Shown piece by piece: positions 1 to 6,083 of a stretch of DNA of 13,055 nucleotides. Numbering within the stretch: the stretch's first letter is position 1; each line of letters starts with the position of its first letter. Under the pieces are notes generated by a model. That model saw only the letters and a list, made by a program, of their open reading frames with translations, was not told where the DNA came from and did no database searches. A program made the translations under genes and the position numbers. Source of the DNA: Armatimonadia bacterium (GTDB lineage Bacteria; Armatimonadota; Zipacnadia; Zipacnadales; UBA11051). Where the stretch lies: the NCBI GenBank assembly GCA_039683575.1, contig JBDKRC010000098.1, forward strand, positions 1 through 13,055, in the 5' to 3' direction.

Positions 1-516
1 ACCCTTGCGCGCCGGCAGGCCTTCCTCGTACGGATGCTTGATCGCCCGCATCTCCGTAACGAGTTCGGCTCGCTTGCGCAGGGCCGGGTGGGCATTGCGC
101 CCCGTCAGGACCAACTCCACCGGCAGCGGGCGGTCGTCCAGCAGGTCGAGGACCTCTGTGAGCTTGACCAGGCCGAGGTTGACTGCGACATTAAGCTCAT
201 CAGCGACGACAATATCGTAATCGCCCGACAGCATGGCCTCGCGAACCGCGTGCAGCATCTCAGCGGCGGCTGCCCGGTCCTCCTCGGACGGCTCACCGGT
301 GATGAAGCCGTGGCCCCCGCAGTGCCGCACGGTGATCAGGTCCGCAAAGCGCTCCAGGGCCACGTGTTCGCTGCTCGGACGGCCCTTGCAGAACTGCCCG
401 AAGAACACGTGCAGTCCCGCCCCAGCCGCACGCACGGCGAGGCCGAGCGCGGCAGTGGTCTTACCCTTGCCGTCGCCTGTATAGACTTGGACAATCCCGT
501 GGCGATCCTGATGCAT
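1..516 (-). CDS. cobO: Cob(I)yrinic acid a,c-diamide / cob(I)alamin adenosyltransferase (CobO/BtuR/CobA type); 3' end runs off the window
   Basis: Manual minus-strand translation from ATG at 516: MHQDRHGIVQVYTGDGKGKTTAALGLAVRAAGAG...GQFCKG...DYDIVVADE...ELVLTGRNA...ELVTEMRAIKHPYEEGLPARKG. It has the family P-loop YTGDGKGKTTAA, plus LTGR and TEM..IKHP motifs. AGGAG RBS at 523-527. Not in the ORF track because the stop lies outside the window. Confidence 0.95.
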   Translation of the reverse strand, partial: MHQDRHGIVQVYTGDGKGKTTAALGLAVRAAGAGLHVFFGQFCKGRPSSEHVALERFADLITVRHCGGHGFITGEPSEEDRAAAAEMLHAVREAMLSGDYDIVVADELNVAVNLGLVKLTEVLDLLDDRPLPVELVLTGRNAHPALRKRAELVTEMRAIKHPYEEGLPARKG

Positions 517-541
517 GTGCGGCTCCTGCGTGATCGTGCGA

Positions 542-569
542 ACCATACCTATTCGCGAAACAATGCCAA
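542..569 (-). promoter_or_regulatory. Putative sigma70-type promoter for cobO
   Basis: Minus strand TTGGCA (569-564), 16-nt spacer, TATGGT (547-542), in an AT-richer intergenic patch upstream of the cobO RBS. Confidence 0.35.
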
Positions 570-649
570 ATCCCTGCCTGGGCCTTGAGCGGACGCGGTT
601 TTGCTGGTAACATCTCCCACACGTCGCATATTGCTGGGGGCAAGGTCTG

Positions 650-2212
650 TTGAAGACGCGGAAGGCATTACTCCTGCCGCTGCTCGCCGCTGCTGCCGCT
701 ATCGCGGTGCCGGCGGCCGTCTACCTTGGCTACCTGCGCCTCGAGGTGCCGCGGCAGCACTGGTTCTACTTCCTCCCGCGGGGACCTCGGCCGGGCATGA
801 TCTGGCCCATGTTGGCCGTGGCGTTGATGCTCGGCCTGCTCTGGGCCGCCCTGCGCTGGCGCGGCAAGGTAGAGCCGTGGAAAGTGCTGGCGGCGGCGGT
901 CGTCTGCTGCTACCTGTGCGCGGTCGGGACGCGCGCCAGCACCAAGATGGGCTTCACGACCTTGGCCTCGACCGTGCTGTTCGACGGTTCGAACAGTTAC
1001 TTCACGACCGCCACCGAAACCCCCGACCCCCTCGCTCTGGCCCGCGACTACCCCGCGCAGATGCCCCGCCTGCGGCTGCATGCCGCCACCCAATCCCCCG
1101 GAACGTTCCTCCTGCATGCGGGCCTGCGCCGCTTCTTCCTCAACTGCCCCTCGTGCATGGCCCTTGCCGAGGTGCTCCTCTGGCTCAATCCCTGCCACCG
1201 CGCCTCCGAAGTCACCGCGCTTGCGAATCCCGTCTGGGGCTCGCACTTCCAGCCGCCGGAGGTGCTCGCAGCGCTGCTCATCGCGCTCCTGTTCCCGCTG
1301 ATACTGGCCCTGGGAGTCGTCCCGACCTTCGCGCTGGCGCGCATGCTCGGCGGCGAGCGACCTGCACTGGTGATTGCGTCGCTATACGCAGTGACGCCCT
1401 CGTTCATCTGGTTCACGTCGGCGGTGGATCAGATCTACCCCACCATTGCGGCGCTGACGCTGCTGCTGGTGCACTGCGGAGTGAGGCACCGTACGCAGTG
1501 GCTGCCGCTATTGTGCGCCGGTCTCCTGACGGGTCTGGCGATCTTCGCCAGCTTCGGCTACAGCGTCATCGCGCTGGCGGCGGCGCTGTTCATGGCGCTG
1601 TTGACGTCCGTCGGCTGTAGGGCGGGGGCTCGTACCCCGCCGGCCGTTGTCCACGAGCCACCCGAGCGGCGGGGTACAAGCCCCCGCCCTACAGTCCAAG
1701 TGGCCATACGACTGGGGCTCTATGGCGCAGGCCTAGTCGCGGTGCTCGCGGCCGTCCAGTTCGGATTGGGGATTGATCTCGTAGGTGTGGCGCGGGTCTC
1801 GGGCGAACTGAGGACCAGGCTCTATCTACACGACCTGCCCCGCCCGTGGCTGACGTGGGTGCTATTGAACCCGGTTGAGCTCACCCTGGGCCTCGGCTTC
1901 TCCAGCGCCGCCCTCGTGATCGCGGCAGTGGCCGCGCGGAGAAGCAAGCGCGACCCGGCTCTGCTCCTGCTCTCGGCGACACTGGCGGCGTTGCTGCTCC
2001 TGGACCTCAGCGGTGCCGCGCGCGCGGAATGGTCCCGAATGCTCATGATGGCCATGCCGCTGTGCCTGATCGGCGCGACCGGCGCGGTCAGACGGCTCAG
2101 GTTGTACCAACCAGCCCCTGCCGTGATCCTGATAGCCTCGCAGGCCCTGTACGCGCTGGTGTGCTTTCAGCTATTCGAAGTCTGGGGCGCATGGATCGTA
2201 CCCTTTGACTAG
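650..2212 (+). CDS. Polytopic membrane protein, probable GT-C-fold glycosyltransferase (ArnT/PMT-like)
   Basis: 520-aa ORF with TTG start (start uncertain) and many hydrophobic helices. A large loop (GSNSYF...LHAATQSPG) follows the N-terminal helices. It also has the FALARML...ASLYAVTPS...D pattern and a late loop E-x-x-R (AEWSR), resembling GT-C enzymes. Contains an in-frame REPIN at 1616-1693. Confidence 0.6.
   Translation: MKTRKALLLPLLAAAAAIAVPAAVYLGYLRLEVPRQHWFYFLPRGPRPGMIWPMLAVALMLGLLWAALRWRGKVEPWKVLAAAVVCCYLCAVGTRASTKMGFTTLASTVLFDGSNSYFTTATETPDPLALARDYPAQMPRLRLHAATQSPGTFLLHAGLRRFFLNCPSCMALAEVLLWLNPCHRASEVTALANPVWGSHFQPPEVLAALLIALLFPLILALGVVPTFALARMLGGERPALVIASLYAVTPSFIWFTSAVDQIYPTIAALTLLLVHCGVRHRTQWLPLLCAGLLTGLAIFASFGYSVIALAAALFMALLTSVGCRAGARTPPAVVHEPPERRGTSPRPTVQVAIRLGLYGAGLVAVLAAVQFGLGIDLVGVARVSGELRTRLYLHDLPRPWLTWVLLNPVELTLGLGFSSAALVIAAVAARRSKRDPALLLLSATLAALLLLDLSGAARAEWSRMLMMAMPLCLIGATGAVRRLRLYQPAPAVILIASQALYALVCFQLFEVWGAWIVPFD
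1616..1693. repeat. GTAG-type REP doublet (REPIN), copy 1, inside a CDS
   Basis: TGTAGGGCGGGGGCTCGTACCCCGCCG, spacer, CGGCGGGGTACAAGCCCCCGCCCTACA. Inverted arms with one mismatch; each arm forms a GGCGGGG/CCCCGCC hairpin. Same arm at 2231, 11536 and 13031. Confidence 0.9.
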
Positions 2213-2230
2213 TTGAGTCTACGACTGTGC

Positions 2231-2326
2231 TGTAGGGCGGGGGCTCGTACCCCGCCGGCCGTCATCTGCGAAACCAAAGCGGCGGGGTACGAGCCCCCTG
2301 CGACGCGGGCGTCGCTACGCCCTACA
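2231..2326. repeat. GTAG-type REP doublet (REPIN), copy 2, with a 20-bp nested insertion in the right arm
   Basis: Left arm 2231-2257 is identical to that of copy 1. Right arm reads CGGCGGGGTACGAGCCCCC[TGCGACGCGGGCGTCGCTAC]GCCCTACA. Intergenic, between the GT-C-like gene and dhaK. Confidence 0.9.
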
Positions 2327-2378
2327 GCCTGAGGCACTGGCCCGGCGCAAACAAGTGCACACATACAGGAGGCGGCTT

Positions 2379-3386
2379 GTGAAGAAGCTGATCAACGACC
2401 CTGAGGCCTTTGTTGAGGAGACCATCGAGGGCATCCTCGCGGCATATCCGGCGCACCTCAAGCGCGCGGCGGACACTCCGCGCGGTCTGGTCCGGGCAGA
2501 CGCTCCTGTCGCCGGGAAGGTCGCGATTGCCACGGGCGGTGGCTCCGGGCACATCCCCGTCTTCCTCGGCTACGTTGGCCCCGGCCTGTGCGACGGCGTC
2601 TCCATCGGCAACGTCTTCTCCTCGCCCTCAATCGAAGCAATGGTAGCCGTCACGAAGGCCATTCACAGCGGGGCGGGCGTGCTCTACCTGTATGGCAACT
2701 ACTCCGGCGACACCATGAACTTCGACATGGCCGCCGAGATGTGCGAGATGGAAGACATCGTCATCAAGACGGTGAAGATGCACGACGACGTGATTTCCGC
2801 TCCGCCACAGGACGCCGAGAAGCGGCGAGCGGTGGCCGGTCTGTTCTTTGGCTACAAGATCGCCGGGGCCCGCGCCGAAGAGGGCGCCTCACTCGACGAA
2901 GTGGCAGCCACCGCTGCCAAGGTCGCCCACAACACCCGCAGCATGGGCGTCGCGCTCTCCCCCTGCATCATCCCAGCGGTCGGCAAGCCCACCTTCACCC
3001 TCGAAGAGGACGAGATGGAGCTTGGCATGGGGATTCACGGCGAGCGCGGCCTGGAGCGCAGCAAACTCCTGACTGCTGACGAAGTCGCCACGATCATGAC
3101 CGAACGGGTGCTGGCCGACCTGCCCTTCCAGTCCGGGGACGAGGTCGCGGTGCTGGTCAACGGCCTCGGGGCGACGCCGCCCGAAGAGCTTTACCTGCTC
3201 TACCGGCGCGCCCATGAGATCATCAGCGGGCGCGGGATCAGCATCTACAAGCCGTTCATCGGCGAATATGCCACCTCCATGGAGATGGCTGGGGCCTCGA
3301 TCACGCTGCTCAAGCTGGACGACGAACTCAAGCGCTGCCTCGACGCGCCCTCGTACTCGCCGTTCCTGCTGCAGGGAGTGCTGTAG
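2379..3386 (+). CDS. dhaK: Dihydroxyacetone kinase family substrate-binding subunit (Dak1/DhaK)
   Basis: GTG start at 2379 after AGGAGG (2367-2372) gives MKKLINDP. Motifs [37 protein letters not shown] and [10 protein letters not shown] are typical of Dak1. Confidence 0.92.
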   Translation: MKKLINDPEAFVEETIEGILAAYPAHLKRAADTPRGLVRADAPVAGKVAIATGGGSGHIPVFLGYVGPGLCDGVSIGNVFSSPSIEAMVAVTKAIHSGAGVLYLYGNYSGDTMNFDMAAEMCEMEDIVIKTVKMHDDVISAPPQDAEKRRAVAGLFFGYKIAGARAEEGASLDEVAATAAKVAHNTRSMGVALSPCIIPAVGKPTFTLEEDEMELGMGIHGERGLERSKLLTADEVATIMTERVLADLPFQSGDEVAVLVNGLGATPPEELYLLYRRAHEIISGRGISIYKPFIGEYATSMEMAGASITLLKLDDELKRCLDAPSYSPFLLQGVL

Positions 3387-3388
3387 CC

Positions 3389-4030
3389 ATGAAAGAGACG
3401 CTGACTCTCGAAGACTTCGTGCCGCTGCTGGAGACCATCGCGGCGGCGCTGCAGGCCGAGAACGAGCAGATCACGGCGCTGGATGCGGCCATGGGTGACG
3501 GCGACCTCGGCGTGACCTGTCGCCTCGGCATGCAGGCGGCGCTCGATTCAGAAGCAAAGAACGCCGACAACCCCGCCGATGCCCTGCTCAAAGCGGGCAT
3601 GGCGTTCAATTCCGCCGGCGCCTCGACCTTCGGAGCGCTCGTGGCAACGGTGGCGATGCGCGCGGCGAAGTATGCGAAAGACAATGGTGTCACGCAGTGG
3701 GACCTGGGGGCACTGATTGGGGCCGGAGAGGCTGCGCTGGCTGGCCTGAGACAGCGTGGCGGCGCTGACGTCGGCGACAAAACCATGCTCGATGCCCTCG
3801 GCCCGGCGCTGGACGCTCTGCGGACCGCACAGGACGCAGGTGAGGGACTGGCCAAGGCCCTCCGCGACGCCGCGCAGGCAGCCGAAGAGGGGGCACGCAG
3901 CACCGCGCCGCTGAAGGCCAAGTTCGGCCGTGCTGGCTGGCTGCAGGAACAGACCGTGGGGGTGCAGGACCCTGGCGCGACGGTGGTGGCAGTGGTCGCA
4001 GGGGCGCTGGCGGAGTACGCTAGCCAGTAA
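3389..4030 (+). CDS. dhaL: Dihydroxyacetone kinase nucleotide-binding subunit (Dak2/DhaL)
   Basis: Motifs LDAAMGDGDLG, GASTFG, GDKTMLDAL, KFGRA and QDPGA. Starts 2 nt after the dhaK stop, with GGAG upstream. Confidence 0.92.
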   Translation: MKETLTLEDFVPLLETIAAALQAENEQITALDAAMGDGDLGVTCRLGMQAALDSEAKNADNPADALLKAGMAFNSAGASTFGALVATVAMRAAKYAKDNGVTQWDLGALIGAGEAALAGLRQRGGADVGDKTMLDALGPALDALRTAQDAGEGLAKALRDAAQAAEEGARSTAPLKAKFGRAGWLQEQTVGVQDPGATVVAVVAGALAEYASQ

Positions 4031-4051
4031 CAACCGAAGTCAGCAAGAGCG

Positions 4052-4087
4052 AAAATGCCCGCCGGGCTTGATGCCGGCGGGCATTTT
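4052..4087. terminator. Bidirectional intrinsic terminator
   Basis: AAAATGCCCGCCGG-GCTTGATG-CCGGCGGGCATTTT: a perfect 14-bp inverted repeat with A and T tracts at its ends, between the convergent dhaL and 105-aa genes. Confidence 0.85.
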
Positions 4088-4110
4088 GTTAGCGTGTACT
4101 TGGCCGGAGG

Positions 4111-4428
4111 CTACCGATAGCCGATGATGACGACCTGACCCCAGGGGTTGACGCCGTATACCGGCTGCGGGGCGCGGTAGAAGCCGCCGCCGTAGACGAC
4201 CGCCTGCGGTCCGCACGGCCCGTAGACAACCGTCTGCTGCATGGGGGGCTGCCAGCCGCCGTTGTAATGCCCCGGCCCGCCCCACCCGCCGTGATGGCCG
4301 TTCCATCCCGGCCCGCCATGTCCGCCACCGTGGTGCGGCCCGCCAAAGCCCTGCGCATAGCTCCCGGCCGCGCAAGTCAGCAGCATCCCGATTACCAGTA
4401 CCATCATGAGAAGTCGCATCGTCGTCAT
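4111..4428 (-). CDS. Small secreted Gly/His/Pro/Tyr-rich protein of unknown function
   Basis: 105 aa with GGAGG RBS upstream of the ATG. Signal peptide MTTMRLLMMVLVIGMLLTCAAGSYA/Q, then a low-complexity G/H/W segment and VYG repeats. Stop lies just before the terminator. Confidence 0.8.
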   Translation of the reverse strand: MTTMRLLMMVLVIGMLLTCAAGSYAQGFGGPHHGGGHGGPGWNGHHGGWGGPGHYNGGWQPPMQQTVVYGPCGPQAVVYGGGFYRAPQPVYGVNPWGQVVIIGYR

Positions 4429-4537
4429 TCTAAGGCCCTCCCTGATCTCCCTGTTTGCGCCGGCCCGTTCCGGCTACGTTGGGGTTAATGCAGGGTGACG
4501 ACAGCTTCTTCCCACGCGGGCAGAAAAAAAGTCGCAG

Positions 4538-5974
4538 CTAGAACGGACGCAGCAGAGTGGTCACAAAGAGGCGCTGGAGCTTGCCACCCATCTCGAAGTC
4601 AATCTCCGCCACCCAGTACTGCGGTCCGTCGGCAAAGGCCGGTTCTGGGCGGGTTGGCGGCAGAGCCGCCTCAATCGTCTCCGTGGCTCCGGGCGCGATG
4701 CGCGCAACTTCCTTGTTCAGCGTCCCCGGCTGGTACTGCAGCGGCAGGCGGAAGGTCACATACAGATCGCGCAACTCCTGGTCCGGCGGCGCCTGCAGCG
4801 TCAGCCGGAGCTTGTCATTGTCCCGCTCAAGTGTGCCCTTGAGCCCAGGGAAGTCACCGCAGGAGTCATTGGGACTCTCGATGTGCCCGATGCGCGTCGG
4901 CAGCCCGTGCGCGGCAGCGTGGGGAATATTGATCACGGTCACTTCTCCCCGCCGCTCGCACGCAACCGCCTGCCCATCAAGCGTTGCGGACTTCACGGTG
5001 CCGGGACCCACCACCAGCGTCAGCGGAACGGAGGCGCCGACTGCGGCAGGCTCAGGGCGGGTGACGTCATAGGTTCGCATCGCACCGGCTGGCGCAGCCG
5101 CCTCAATCGTCGTCCGCTCCTTCTGACGGCTGTAGGCGGCCCACTCATTCTGGTTGCAGTACCACCACTCCGGCTTGTTCGCTAGCTGCGCATAGACCGC
5201 GTCGAGCTTGTCCCATTCCTCGCCCGCCTGCCATGCATGTACGCCCAGATGAATGCACCACGACGACTTGACGTATTCGCTCTTGAACTTGAAGATCTTG
5301 TCGAGAGCCTCCTGGAACTTCTCCGCCTCCACCACCTTGTCCCCCGGCACCACCTGCAGCCCGCTGGAGAACTCCCCCGGGGCCAGGTACGGGTTGTTGC
5401 GGACGAAGTCGAGATACACCGAATGGTGGTACCCCGCGCGGCGCAAGGCCTCGGTCGTCATCTCCAGCATCGCCGGGTTGTCGGGCAGCTTGTACTGGCC
5501 GTAGGGGAAAGCGAACGAATTGAGCGGCGTGTCGAGCATATCTTCCCACTCAATGCGGTTGGCCAGCACCTCCCACAGAATGTCGCCAGCCTTGAGCTCG
5601 GTCAGATGCGGGTGGTTCATCGTATGCCCGCCGACCGAGCAGCCGTCGCCTTGTAGCTCCCTGGCGAAAACAGCCCCCAGGTTCTTGTCCGGCTGGGTCT
5701 TGCCGAGGTAGAAAGTCCCCTTCAGCCCGAACTTCGCCATGTGCTCGCGCATCACCAGGCTGTTGCGGTTGGAGTCGTCCCACCGCGCCGAGAAAGCCCA
5801 CTCGCGGTTGTCATACACCGGCGCAATAGCGGGCACAGCCGCAGCCGCCTGCTCCGGCGAGGCGTATTCAATCTGCAGGCGCTGCCGGTAGCACCGCACC
5901 GCAGGCGCATCCTGCGGCCCGGCAACGCAGATGGAAATCAGCGAAAGCGCAAGCAGCGAAACAAGGTAAACCAT
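4538..5974 (-). CDS. Secreted polysaccharide deacetylase family protein (CE4/NodB-like domain plus C-terminal beta-rich domains)
   Basis: Start reassigned to ATG 5974 (GGAGA RBS at 5981-5985; signal peptide MVYLVSLLALSLISICVAG). CE4-like motifs ARWDD, LKGTFYL, GGHTMNHPHL, FAFPYG and HLGVH. Confidence 0.8.
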   Translation of the reverse strand: MVYLVSLLALSLISICVAGPQDAPAVRCYRQRLQIEYASPEQAAAAVPAIAPVYDNREWAFSARWDDSNRNSLVMREHMAKFGLKGTFYLGKTQPDKNLGAVFARELQGDGCSVGGHTMNHPHLTELKAGDILWEVLANRIEWEDMLDTPLNSFAFPYGQYKLPDNPAMLEMTTEALRRAGYHHSVYLDFVRNNPYLAPGEFSSGLQVVPGDKVVEAEKFQEALDKIFKFKSEYVKSSWCIHLGVHAWQAGEEWDKLDAVYAQLANKPEWWYCNQNEWAAYSRQKERTTIEAAAPAGAMRTYDVTRPEPAAVGASVPLTLVVGPGTVKSATLDGQAVACERRGEVTVINIPHAAAHGLPTRIGHIESPNDSCGDFPGLKGTLERDNDKLRLTLQAPPDQELRDLYVTFRLPLQYQPGTLNKEVARIAPGATETIEAALPPTRPEPAFADGPQYWVAEIDFEMGGKLQRLFVTTLLRPF

Positions 5975-5989
5975 AGTCAGTCTCCAGCC

Positions 5990-6051
5990 GTACGAGCGGC
6001 TTCGAGCCGCGAGATAACGCCAACGGAGCCCGGCTTCCAGCCGGGCGGTAC
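5990..6051. repeat. Degenerate GTAC-bounded REP-like doublet (second family)
   Basis: GTAC-GA-GCGGCT-TCG-AGCCGC ... GCCCGGCT-TCC-AGCCGGGC-G-GTAC. Two hairpins share a GGCT-TCS-AGCC core and GTAC marks both outer ends. Intergenic; only one copy in the window. Confidence 0.5.
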
Positions 6052-6083
6052 AACGATAGCCAACGTGATCACTCCAAGCCCCT

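Noticed and set aside
34-588. 184-aa plus-strand ORF
   Set aside because: Antisense shadow of cobO, which has clear family motifs on the minus strand.
517-649. Cobalamin riboswitch upstream of cobO
   Set aside because: The spacer is short, holds a promoter candidate close to the RBS, and shows no recognisable B12-box.
601-1620. 339-aa plus-strand ORF
   Set aside because: Alternative frame of the membrane protein gene; Arg/Pro/Ala-rich with no motifs, and it ends at the REP's TAG.
4089-4358. 89-aa minus-strand ORF ending at the terminator
   Set aside because: Overlaps the 105-aa ORF, which has the RBS and a signal peptide.
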